Shown here: positions 50,701-62,821 of the stretch, one piece after another
Layout of the letters: every line of letters starts with the position of its first letter
Position numbering within the stretch: the first letter of the stretch is position 1
NCBI RefSeq assembly: GCF_964188315.1
Contig: NC_135656.1
Location: 76,818,001-76,882,000, forward strand
Reading direction: 5' to 3'
DNA: 64,000 nt
Source: Podarcis muralis
Lineage: Eukaryota
Notes under the pieces: model-generated
The model's database searches: none
What the model was told of the DNA's origin: nothing
Seen by the model: the letters and a program-made list of their open reading frames with translations, nothing else
Position numbers and translations under genes: made by a program

Positions 50701-52574
50701 GGTTCTGATTATGACAAAGGGTTCATTACTATCTAGATACCATAAAAGACTGTGGCCCTGGACTCACTCTTCTGTGGTGGCCAAGGCCTGGTGCGAGATG
50801 TGTTGTTGAGCCAATTGGAAACAGTGACCATGGTACTATCAAAGTCAACATACATGTAAGTAGAATAGGAACTAGGGTTGTGGAAATCTTTCCATTTCAG
50901 TTACTTTCCGTTTCTCTCAGTTTCTCATGTTTATGCACACTTTACCTTAAGTATACGCATTTTTGTACACATTACTTAACTAGAGAACTACACTGCAAAA
51001 TTTGGAGCAGTGTGCACTTTGAAGGATGGCTGTCTTTCAGTGCTCATGCTATTTTTCAAAAGTGTAAATTTAGGTAGATTTCGCCTTTAAATATGAACCG
51101 AATCAAGTTTCTCCCTCATCCCTAAAAGGAAGAAAGACATTCTACGCAGAAGTATAGAAAGGTTTCTTTGGTGGTAGTGGTTGCGGGTGGATGGGGTGGG
51201 CTGGCAGGACATACCAGAAAATGTATTAAATCAGATTTATATACTGAGCTTATCACAAGTAGAAGAGGGGGAAAGAAAAGGAAGGACTATGGGCGCAGGT
51301 ATCGGACAGGATGTGTTGGTGTGTCCCAATGTCAAACAGGTGAGCCTTTTACTTATCACTCTCAATGTCTTCCCCTTCTTTCTCAGCTTGTGATTTTTAT
51401 GTGTGAAGCATGAGAGACAGGATTCTAAATGAAGCTCTTACACAATCCTGCAGATAAACACATTTCATGCTGAGCGCAGGCTGGAAAATAAAGGGAGGAT
51501 TATAGCTCAGGTCCTTTGCTGTTTTGAAGCGGATCACCCCAGGGCAGCAATAGAAAAGAATATAAAACAAAAGTTCATAGTGATTCAGAACAAAATCTTC
51601 TGACCCTTCAGAAATGGCAGTACTATTTTCCAGTACTTTGGTCTCTATAATGCAGAAGATTAAATATCTTCACTAAATATGTAAACTAATTTGTTCAAGT
51701 GTATCTTGGAAAAGTGAAAACTTACCATTCCTCTATAATCGGGGAACCGATCTCTTCTTCACTCAGCCACTTGATAGCTACTTCTATTTAAATAGACTCT
51801 GTACTTCTGAATGTAAACAGTTCCTGTCAATGCAAGCATTCAGCAGCAGATCCTGCCACTGGCTGGAGCACATCGTGTGGGAAGATGAGCAAGGATCTTC
51901 TTGTAATGCCCCATTTCTGCAACTCCCTTCCCTTGGAGGTATGACAGACCCCATGGTTCTTTGACTTCTTCTGGTTATTTCTCTTCATCCAAGCTTTTTA
52001 ATGAGGCCAGATGTAAATTGATGAGTGTCTGCTTGCTGTATTGTTTAGGTTTCACTCATGTCCTGCTTATTATGTGCTTCCCGTATGTATCTGGTTGGCC
52101 ACTGTGAGAATAGGATGCTAAGCTAAATGGGCCACTTGCCTGATCCAGCAAGGTTTTCCCTATGTTCTTAACCCAAAAAGTATTGACCGCTAACTGATGA
52201 ACAAACAAAAAAGTAACTTTATGACCTGGAACAATAACTTCAGCATTCCCCATACTTCAGGCAAACCTTTAACCTCAAACATTACGAGTTTTATTATCCA
52301 GCATTCTTCTTACATTTATGAAAACAAACCATTCCACCTTGAGAATGAAGCTCATCTCAGCTGTTTAATTATGAGCTTGCTTTGAGCCGCTTTTAATATA
52401 GTTATGCTTCTTCTTAATTACCTTTTCTCATTCTTCACTATTATTCACAAGTAATTCAAATTTGGCTCTAGTTTGCTTTTGTTAAAATGAAATATATTGT
52501 GTTCCTTAGTTGGGGATGTATTCATACAATTACCTATAGCCATTCTTCGCAATTCCAGAAGAATTAAAGCTGTT

Positions 52575-52753
52575 GTGGTATAATATCTGTCACAAGGCCA
52601 TTGGACCATGTAGCCCAGTGTTGTATGCACTAACTGGCAGTGGGTGACAAGGGTTTTAGACACAGAATATTCCCAACCCAACCTGGAGGTGCCAAAGGTC
52701 GAACCTGGAACCTGCATGCAAAAGCAAATAGTCTTCCAGTGAGCTACAGCCCC
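52575..52753 (-). mobile_element. Squam3-like tRNA-derived SINE, diverged
   Basis: Minus strand GGGGCTGTAGCTCACTGG (A box)...GGTTCGACC (B box). Confidence 0.65.
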
Positions 52754-52824
52754 TCCAAGCTTGACTGAATATGGTGTGTACATCCATTCAAGGGGTGTGT
52801 TGAAGCTGGCACATCTCCATGCCA

Positions 52825-53825
52825 GGACAAAAGTGTGGTGGGTCCTTATCTGAGAGATGCTGTTTGCAGATGACAGTGCACTCTGAGGAAGTTCCTCAGA
52901 GACTCATCAACCATTTTGTCCAAGCCTGCAATAAGTTTGGCCTTACCATCAGCTTGATGAAGACCACCTTTCTAGGTCAGGATGTCACCATGCATCAACA
53001 TGGTGGTCACATGCTTGATGTGGTAGACAATTTTGTCCACCTGGGTTCCACCATAACCAGTATCCTCTCCATCAACACGGAGCTGGACAAGTGTATTGGC
53101 AAGGCAGGTATGATAGTGGCTCGTGTCTCCAAAATGGTATGAGAGAATGTGATGCTAACATCCAATACCAAGATAGAGGTCTACCAGGCTTGCATTTTGA
53201 GCACACTGCTTTATGAACGTGAGTCGTGGGCAACTTATAACCAGTGCCAGATTAAACCCTGTGGAGGCCTCTAGGCAGTCGAAAACTCAGGGGGGGCCCT
53301 CATGTGTGTGCTCTAGTGGGATAGCATTGAACTAAGAAAGCTTGACTGTATGGTCAACCGGAGGGAGAGAACATGCCAGTTGGGCATGTGTCTCTGCCAG
53401 GGTCCTACTCAAGTTTAGGACAAGCTCCTGACAAAAACGTGCTCCACTTCCAGTACCAGACCCGTTGGCAGACCAGCTCTGTGTTACAATGATGTCTGCA
53501 AACGTGATGTGAAGGCTGGCAACATTAACCCCACCATGTGGGAATCACTTGCAGACGACCGCAGTGCCTGGAGACAGGCAGTCAAGTCATATATCAGTGC
53601 CCAGAGGAAAAAATGACCACTGGGATGAGTGCAGATAGAAGAAATGCCATAATGCACTTGCAGCAGCACAACCGGATGCCTTCATCTGCCCCAGCTGCAA
53701 CAAAACATGTCTCTCCCATATTGGTCTCTACTGCCTCAGCAGGTGCTGCAACCTTCCAACAGTTTAACCTCACCCCCAAAGGTGTACTCCTCCATTTGTC
53801 TCCTGAGACAGACAGATGCCACCAA
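52825..53825 (+). mobile_element. Degenerate RTE-clade LINE 3' part with nested insertions
   Basis: QRLINHFVQACNKFGLTISLMKT...VDNFVHLGSTI...IEVYQACILSTLLYERESW; later DVCKRDVK...DDRSAWRQAV and FICPSCNKTCLSHIGL zinc-finger relic. Confidence 0.85.
53320..53433 (+). mobile_element. 3' end fragment of the same LTR family as 39954-40399, nested in the RTE relic
   Basis: GGAGGGAGAGAACATGCCAG...GGGTCCTACT...GGACAAGCTCCTGACA matches the reverse complement of 39954-40035. Confidence 0.75.
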
Positions 53826-56252
53826 CAAGTAACCAAACAAGCTATAGGCATCAACGTAATTCAAGGAACAGGCATAAAACAATTCATATGCAGGCATAGA
53901 AATATTGTTCAGATCCATGTTTATGCACTTAGTCAGCTGCTTGGCTCATACTATTAAGCACCTAGGAAAAATGTTTTGGTTCAAATGTGTCTGTGCTCTT
54001 CCTAAACAGGGAAATTCACATGACATTTTTCACCTCTCATCGCATGAAGGTCACAGTTCCGCAACACTTAATCGTCATTAATGCAATCTTTTAATACAGT
54101 TTGTGCTGCGGATATTTGCTGCAGGGTTATACATGGGCTAAATGAATTGTTTGCTGTAGAGATGACTGCTGTGCAGTGAGAGAGTGGGATATTGTTTGTA
54201 CAGATTGCTGAACCCAAAAAGAAAACCAGAACGTTCTGCATATATTGTGGGCAGCTTAAAAACCAAACACAATTCGTCTAGATTAAAATAGGAACGCGTT
54301 GCCCCCATATAATGAGGGACATTATGTAAAGCCCAGAATATGTTTCTGGAATCGCTGCAGATTGCATTTAAGAACATCCTCTCTCCTTGATTTCCTTCTG
54401 GTGGCTGAATTGCCACCTAGAGAGCAAGGGGCTGCAACGCCCTGGCAGCCATCATAAAGAAAAAGCTATGCATGGAGAAAGGGATCTCAATTTATTTTCA
54501 AAATGTATGTAAACCTGCTATGTTATGGAAGTTACTGATTACATAATAGCAGCACTTTGGGAACATAAAGAAACACAGCCTGAGTTGACAGCCCCTGCCT
54601 CTTTATTACGTTATGTCATTGTTTAAAAACCCAAATATAGTTCACCTTTTCCAGCAAAGGGTTTCAGCGTGCAACAGAGGGTGCCTGTGCAGTTAAATAG
54701 AGAAGAAAGCACTTGTCAAAACGGGTTGCAACTATTGTTAGCAATTGTGAACTCAGCACGGCATGGTTGCCTTTTTTAGATGTGTGTATGTATGCAAATC
54801 ACCAAGCTCTGAAGGCCTCATTGCCTGCTATGCATATTACATCTCAAGATAACCGGGAGATGGATGTTTATAAATCAGAGTTATCAGTGAAATAAACATA
54901 GTAAAGCTATTTTTATTGTGATCACTGAAACATCAAATGCTCAGAGGAAAGGTCATACCTCTTCAAAGAACATCATGTGTATTCATCATAATCTTTCAAA
55001 ATAAATTAACAATTGGGCTTTTCGTTTTTGAGTAAACAGTGCCATCACATGGCAAGTAAACAAAAATGAATGCAGAGAATGGATCGTTGGGTTTGCTTCC
55101 ATTTATAGAGGAACAATGTCAAGATGCATCCTTCCTCTAATGTGCTTTTTTATAGCTTTTTCAGCACCCTGTGAATACTTTTTCATTCACCCACATTTTT
55201 AACTCAGGATGCAAATAGTTTTATACTATCTCTGTTGCAAACTTTTTTCCTGTCTTTCATTGTTTATTGTTGATTTTAATTATCATATATTGCATTTTTA
55301 AAATTATAATTGGTATAAGCCGTGAGGAAATATTTATTGATGGGTGGCTATAGAAATTTTGGGCCATGTCCCAATCTCTTCCCTCCACCCCCACCTGAGA
55401 ATAGAGGAATAGAAAAGCATGTTATTTCTTTATTTCCTTTTACCTAAAGCGTCCCTGTACAGGGCAGGGCAGGGAGGTTTTCTTTAACCTTGCAGCATGC
55501 ACCCACCCAATTCTAATCTCCCAGGCATAGTTAGAGACTTGAGCAGGCAAATTCTGTCTCTTCCTCCAACCAGTTCCCTTTCCTCCCCACCTCATCAGCA
55601 TTTTGGTATTCCATACATCCTATAAGCAAACACGTTTATGTCAGAACATTGGATCCTGCCCCCTTTCTTTTAATTTATAAATGTGTTTCTAAATATATAC
55701 TCCTGCATACCTAAGGAGTTCACTGTCTTGTTCTGGGGTAGCTCCATTTCACTTCCAAAATGACATCTTCCCAAGTTTGCTATTATTATTTGGGTAGATG
55801 GGAAGATGCAATGACGTTATGACAGCGTAATTAATCTGGCAGCCATTAAATTACACTGTCATAATGTCGTTGCATCTTGTACCTCTTACATTCTTGTACC
55901 AGCAATGTTATCTAACAAGTTCTATTAAGAGGAATACTAAGAAAACGTCACAAGCCACTTTTCTTTTTAATTGGCTACCACTGTTTTAAAATACCAGGAA
56001 AATGATGCCCCCAAATAATCAGAATGGAAGGAAGTTTACTGGGCCTGATGCAATATTGCGGTTTCTCGGCATTTCTTTCTTCTGTAACAGCCAGAAAGGC
56101 TGCCTTTTCATCCTTATAAAGAGGTATCCAATACCTTTCTATTAATTAGAGAAAAGGTGGAAACTGAGAGCAGATACTGACAAGAGATTATCTCCAGCTC
56201 TCACTCATCTGTAGCAAAGTGCTTTCATTTCAGTGAGTCTCTTTCAAATTTA

Positions 56253-57038
56253 CCGTATTTTTCGCTCCATAAGACGCACCTTTTTTCTCCGAAAAAGTAA
56301 GGGGAAATGTCTGTGCGTCTTATGGAGCAAATGCATGGTCCCTGGAGCCGAATTGCAAAAAGCAGGTCGTGCTTTTTTTTTTTAGGAAGAGGGAAGGTGG
56401 TGTTGAAACAAAGCCGCTGATCAGCTGATCAGCAAGCAATCGGGAGGGGAGATAAGGGACTTTAGCAATAAAGGAGGCTGCCTGGGAGGGGGGAAGTAAA
56501 GACAGCAAACTTGCAAGGAGAGGAGACAGGAATACTAAAACAAGCAATGAGGAGAGAAATTAGAAGAAAAGGAGGAGCAAAAAACTGCTCCAGCTAAGAA
56601 AAAGACACTAAGGCAAACAACAGGGAAGGGGGTGTTAAAGCCGCTGAGCAGCTGCTCAGCAAGGGATCGGGAGGGAGATAAGGGATAAAGGAGGCTGCCT
56701 GGGAGAGGAGAGATAAAAGCACATGGATCCTCAGAATTTTTGCATTGGGTCACCCCAAATTCTCCATCAGATCACATAGCATGTCCATGGCTACAGCCTG
56801 CACCAAAAAAAACATGCACCCACTGTTTCGTGGGGCCACAATGGCGCAAAAATGTGGTTACAAAGCACGGATCCACGTGGAATCTCAGGATATCATATCA
56901 CATGTCTGTGGCCACAGCATGAACCACAAAAATCATACATCCACTGTTTCGTTCAGAATATTATTTTTTCTTGTTTTCCTCCTGTAAAATCTAGGTGCAT
57001 CTTATGGTCAGGTGCATCTTATGGATCGGAAAATACGG
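56253..57038. mobile_element. TcMar-Tc2-like non-autonomous element
   Basis: TIR CCGTATTTTTCGCTCCATAAGACGCAC...ATCTTATGGATCGGAAAATACGG, internal ~100-bp diverged direct repeat. Confidence 0.85.
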
Positions 57039-57184
57039 TGTTTCCCTGAAATAACCATAAGCGTAAACTCCTTTTCACAGTGAGGTGCTAATCTTCCCTC
57101 TTAATTTAATCTGAGTGGATAGGAAGTCTTGCTGGTATTGCAGTACTGAGAACCTCCTTGCCAGTTGAGCAGAAAAATCTTATA

Positions 57185-57429
57185 CAGTGGTACCGCAGGT
57201 TACAGACGCTTCGGGTTACAGATGCTTCAGGTTACAAACTCTGCTAACCCAGAAATAGTATCTCGAGTTAAGAACTTTGCTTCAGGATAAGAACAGAAAT
57301 CGTGTGGTGGTGGCGCGGCAGCAGCAGCGGGAGGCCCCATTAGCTAAAGTGGTGTCTCAGGTTAAGAACAGTTTCAGGTTAAGAACGGACCTCCGGAACG
57401 AATTAAGTTCTTAACCCGAGGTACCACTG
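57185..57429 (-). mobile_element. Tigger/pogo-like MITE, family A
   Basis: TIRs and TA TSD. Confidence 0.9.
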
Positions 57430-57469
57430 TACTCGCATTGTGTCAGGACTAGAAATCCGACACCATCCA

Positions 57470-57898
57470 GCAGACCAGCAGCCTCCCTTGGGAGGTTGTA
57501 GACCATGGGTAGGCAAACTAAGGCCCGGGGGCCAGATGCGGCCCAATCGCCTTCTCAGTCCAGCCTGCGACGGTCTGGGAATCAGAGTGTTTTTACATGA
57601 CTAGAATGTGTCCTTTTACTTAAAATGCATCTCTGGGTTATTTGTGGGGCATAAGAATTCGTTCATTTTTTTTCCTCTTCAAAATATAGTCCGGCCCCCC
57701 ACAAGGTCTGAGGGACAGTGGACCAGCCCCCTGCTGAAAAAGTTTGCTGACCCCTGTTGTAGACTCTCCTTCATTGGAGGTTTTTAAGCAGTGGTTCAGT
57801 GGCCATCCATCATGGATGCTTTAGTTGAGATTCCTGCATTTCAGGGGTTGGACTAGATGACCCTCGGGGTTCCTCCTTCCAGCTCTACAATTCTATGA
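57470..57898 (+). mobile_element. CR1 3' end interrupted by a hAT MITE
   Basis: The CR1 sequence is contiguous once 57504-57764 is removed. Confidence 0.8.
57504..57756. mobile_element. hAT (Charlie-like) MITE nested in a CR1 3' end
   Basis: CATGGGTAGGCAAACT...AGTTTGCTGACCCCTG, 8-bp TSD TTGTAGAC. Confidence 0.88.
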
Positions 57899-59440
57899 AA
57901 ATGGCATGGTTCTGTGAAAATGGCATGGTCAGGACAGACACACCCATATCATCCCAGGAAACACCACCACAGCCTACCCAATCAGGCACTGGCAACAATG
58001 CTCATATGCTGCCAAAACATGGAGGCAGCTAACACATGCTGTCTCATACATGGTTCAGATGAGAAGGCAGTGTGCAGAGCCTAACAGAGCCCAGGTTTCC
58101 CACATTATTTCCTATGATTTTTCAAGTGCTCTTTTGAGTTCATTCCTACCACCACCGCTTGAAAATTCCAGTGATGTTGAACATAAAACATAGTCATTGT
58201 GGCTAGCAGGTATGTTTAGGACTTCAGGGTCAGGGGCAAGGCTCTTTTTAGATGATGCAATTCTTCTTTAGATGGTGTAATTCTTCAACTACTTCAAAAT
58301 GTGGTCGATCAGCCCTGCCCCATTTGAGAACCCAGGTGCTCATTCTGCCAAGTGGAGTTCTCTGCGTTCTCTGCTCTGATCATGACACCACAGGCAAAGT
58401 CTCGCTCACCCTCTCCCCGCAATATTGAGTTAACTCATTCTTTTCATTCATAGGAAGTTCCTTGAACGGACACCTGCCTTGATCTCTCTCTCTCTCTCCC
58501 CCTCCCTCCCTCCCCACATAGACACACACTGCCATTCCCACACTGTCTCCCCCTCTCCCTGAAGTTTTCTACTGCCACACCAGGGCAATTCTGCAAGTTA
58601 TCAGCCCAGACAGCTGGTGTGCAGAAATTTCTCAAACCTATGTTTTTCTGGGTAGTATCATAGCAAAAATTCAAAATTAAGTATGTTGTTGACAGAAGAA
58701 ATAAAATTACCCTAGCCATTATAGTTTACATTTACATGTACTTTAAAGAAGTCTAAAAACTGTAGTCCTAATTTTGGCAGAGGTATTAACAGAAATTTAT
58801 TTAATAACCAATCTTAATTTTATCTGGATTATTGGTATTCTAAGGTTTGGCTAATCACCCTTCTGGAAAAGATTTCACACAAACTGACGTTACTGGGGGC
58901 TATAGTACTAACCATTGTTTCTTTGCTTTGTGGTATTATTTTATTTCAGATACAAATATGGAAGCACATTGCCATTTGGTCCCGCCCAATGCATGCAAAT
59001 GTTTGGATTCTATTATTTTCCCCCTTCCATTTAATAGTGTCTTTAAATTTTTTTTAATCTAAATGGATAATAATGGATGGACACACAAATTGTGGCATTT
59101 CTTTTCTTTTTCGTGTTTATTTAATAGGCTTTGATTAAAGTCTTTGAAGTGGATGAAAGCTTGCTATTCCTGCTGGACTGTATTGTAGTCTTCTTTTCTT
59201 TTCACACTGTGTCAATTTTAATTTTATTTCTTTGTGCTTTCCTCACTTCCTGTATTTATGTATGATTGAAAATTCAGTAAAAATATTCAGGGGGGAGGAA
59301 AAGAAATAAAATAAAAACGGCAATTCTGGAGAAAGACTTAAAACTCCCTCTCGTGGTTGTTTGAGTTAGGACATCACCATTCCAATTCTTCCATCGTCTA
59401 CTTAAAAAGCCTACAGTAGCTATAGTGAAGTGCCTATGCA

Positions 59441-60015
59441 TGTGCTGGTCCCGGGGGGAAGGTTACCGTTGACGTAGTCGAAGTCCAGTCCTGGGTCAAT
59501 AGCCTGGAAACAGTTCGCAAGGAGCGGGGCGAGGTCCGAAACAGGAAGCCGAGCGGGGACAGGAACACTGGAGGGTCAGGTCTGGGTCCGGACAGGAGCA
59601 GGTACTCAGTGACGACGTTGCTCCCGAAACCTGGGACCGGGCTGACTGGCCTTTATCTTCTCTGAGGCCAGGGGCGGTCCCGGCCCCCAGGAGACCTGCC
59701 TCTCCTGGCCTTAAGGCGAGCACTCCTCCTGGGAGAAACCAGTTCCCTTCGCCTCTCTGCCCTGAGCCTCTGCAGTTCAGGGGAGGCTGAAGGGTTACTG
59801 GGCCCAGGGAGAGACTCACCTGTAGGCACTGAGTCCTCAACCACCTCTGGACCAGAATGGATTCACCTGGTGCCTGCTCCTGAGGATCCGGCACAGGTGC
59901 AGGCGCCTCAGAATCAAGGCCCTGCCCCAGTTCAGCCGGCCCTGGAGGCGGGGACTCCTGTGCAGGCTGGGATTCCTCCGGTTCACTCTCTGAATCGGAT
60001 TCCCAGGCCATCACA
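59441..60015 (-). mobile_element. Solo LTR containing an acidic/Pro-rich ORF
   Basis: TG...CA ends and TSD ATGCA at 59436-59440 and 60016-60020. The ORF starts at LTR nt 5. Confidence 0.85.
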
Positions 60016-60563
60016 ATGCAACTGTCTCATCCTCCTGCAAGTCTTTGCATATATGTACATATAGAAACACTTGCAGAAGGATGAGACACAAAGGCTGTAT
60101 TCACACAACATTTTATTCTAGAATGGAGACTGAGTACTTGTGTTTTTTTCTACACTATACGCGCACAGTCTAGATCTACTTCATATCTTTTTGTCCCTGA
60201 AAAGTGCTTCTGCATTCTGAAAATAAAAGCTCATTGTGGATTGATTCTGCCTTACCCTGCAGTGTATCCATCTGAAAACAGATATAGGTGGCCTCCGCAA
60301 AGCGGAGTGTATCTACACCTGCCCAGTGATGTTTCGCGTGGGTGTGTACCAAAATCACAATGACCACATCCTTCTTCATTCACCAGTGCAGGGAGGAAGG
60401 GCACAGGTAACCTAATCAATGAAAGGGTTTTCAGATGTGTTTCAAGTAGCCTCTTTCACTAGGGCCACTATCGAAACTCCAAACATGCACATCAGAATCC
60501 ACACAATCCATGGTCTCTCTCTACACACAGCTCCAGCAATTTCTCCCCTGGATGCTGTCATCT

Positions 60564-60572
60564 CATCATCAA

Positions 60573-60619
<47 letters not shown>
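60564..60619. repeat. (CAT)n microsatellite
   Basis: Read directly from the sequence. Confidence 0.95.
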
Positions 60620-60620
<1 letters not shown>

Positions 60621-61156
60621 TTTATTTATATTCCACCTTTCCATAGTTAAAACAATGCTGAAGGCGGTTTACAACATGACAAGATTTACATAATTACCAA
60701 CATAACAAAAGTCATAAACAATAAACAAAACACATCAAAAGGTACACAACCAAATGCAAAACAATTTCCACATAAATCATAAAATCTAAAACTAAAAAAA
60801 TACAACATTAATATCAATTACAATTTAAAATGACATAGATAAAAAATAAAAACAATTTTTAAAAATGAGCCCTCTCTGTCAAGCAGCTGGAGTGGAGCAT
60901 GGCAGAAGGCTGGGAGCCTGTCAGGCCCCGTCCCAAGCCAGGTGGAGAGAGACAGGGCAGGGCCCTTCAGGCTCCCAGCCTTCTGCCATGCTCCACTCCA
61001 GCCGCCCCTCAACAAATCCTTAATAATGAGCTTGTTGGACTGCAACTCCCATTACTTCTGACCATCAGCCATGCTGACTGGGGCTGATAGGAGCTGGTGT
61101 CCAACAACACCATCTCAAGGGCACCGTGTTGGCACTCCCTGTTTTGTTGTTGTTGT

Positions 61157-61158
61157 TA

Positions 61159-61201
<43 letters not shown>
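61157..61201. repeat. (TTA)n microsatellite
   Basis: Read directly from the sequence. Confidence 0.95.
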
Positions 61202-62354
61202 TACCCACCCTACACCCCAAGGTCCCAGGGTGGGTTGCAACATTAAAACACAATATTAAAAGCAGTTTAAAACAATTTACACAACTTATGGCAAGCAATA
61301 GGGAGAATGTCTCTGAGGAAACTATAATCAGTGTTTATATTCAGTTAGTTTTGAATGTTTTTCCAAGGAAATCTCTACAATTTCAAATATTTATTTCTTC
61401 CCTTAAGCTCATAAACTACTAGAAATTATAACTGCAAATGTTGAGAGTTATAGCAAAATGAAAATTATACTCACAGATGATAGTATCACTAGAAACTGCA
61501 ATATCCATACTGTATCGTGTGTGCAGTGACATTAAAAGGAATAACAGCAATGAGGGATGCCCACTGTATTCCATTAATATGTTCTAGTATCAGTTTCTAA
61601 GACTGAGTCCATACCCATGCTTTCTAACCAATGCAGTTAGAAAGTGCAGTGTTTCATGAACTCGTGTGCTATTCAAAGTTTTGTATTTGGCTCATTCCAC
61701 ATTCTGTATTCTCTTGTGCCATTTGAAGAACTGGTAACTCATCAGGAGGTGTTTCACTACTGGATTCTTCCTGTTGAACTCAGTTTTGACTCTCTGTGTT
61801 AGGAAGGACACATATGGTCTCTGGTTAGGATCAACTCATTGTTCCTGTTGATAAGTCTCCTGGATTACATATTACTTGGCTGGAGAACTGCACTGATAGT
61901 TGAGAATTTCAAAAGACTGATATATTTTGGCTCACATATTTGGTTCAAATCAGGTAGGCTCACCTTTCATTGCAAACTGAATTTCTTCTCAACCCCTAGC
62001 AGTGCAACCTCTGTATATATATATATTTAAAATCATATAATTGTAGAATATTTTGCTTCCATGCAAGAATTTTGTCCTGAAATACATCGTATAACATCAA
62101 TGGAAGATGCCTTTGAGCACATGCAAATTTCCTTTCTTTTATTTTATTGAGGACCTGGCCAAGACTCCACCATGTCTAGAGCAATAGCACGGAAATACCT
62201 TTGAAAACAAGGAGTTTCTTTTCCGCTCTAAAGGAGCGGACAGGCTTCATTTTGAAAACTGCACAAGGCATTGCTGAAGGAAATATTGAGAGAATGCCAC
62301 ACCCACACCCACACACCCCTGCCCTATCTCTCCATTACATCATACCACCTAGCC

Positions 62355-62686
62355 CAGGGGTCTGCAACCTTTAAGACAAAAAGAGCCACTTGGACCCGTT
62401 TCCAAAAGGGGAAAAAACTGGGAGCCGCAAAACCATTGCGACATTTAAAACAAATATATCTCCGGAGCCGTGATCTGACAGCTGGCGGGAAGGTGACGTC
62501 GGGACGGTGCGTGACTAACGCACGCACCGCCCCCATGCGACGTCACAGCCAGTAAAACGCCTGCCACAGTGGGGAGTGTCGGGGCGCACAATGCGCCTCC
62601 TCCCCTCGCTAGTATCTGCCCCGGAGCCGCGGAAAAGGTGTAAAAGAGCCACATGCGGCTCCGGAGCCGCGGGTTGCAGACCCCTG
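62355..62686. mobile_element. hAT MITE
   Basis: Perfect TIR CAGGGGTCTGCAACC, 8-bp TSD ACCTAGCC, CpG-rich (young). Confidence 0.92.
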
Positions 62687-62821
62687 ACCTAGCCCAATGG
62701 TAGTCCCCACAGACCCTTTTGCTTATAAACTTTCAGTGTAGTATAGGAAACGGATTGGGCACTTGCTGCCAGATGCCATTCACAGTCTACAGATTATGAA
62801 CAGACTGGTTTGTCATCATGG

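Noticed and set aside
51181-51393. WQDIPENVLNQIY F-box-like peptide
   Set aside because: Short similarity only, with no convincing acceptor or continuation.
51726-51785. Minus-strand mini-exon reading VAIKWLSEEE (kinase VAIK-like) with a strong GTAAGT donor
   Set aside because: The acceptor is weak and no other kinase subdomain exons were found nearby.
60176-60379. ORF containing HTHAKHH, resembling the metallo-beta-lactamase HxHxDH motif
   Set aside because: The key Asp is missing and no other motifs of the fold are present.
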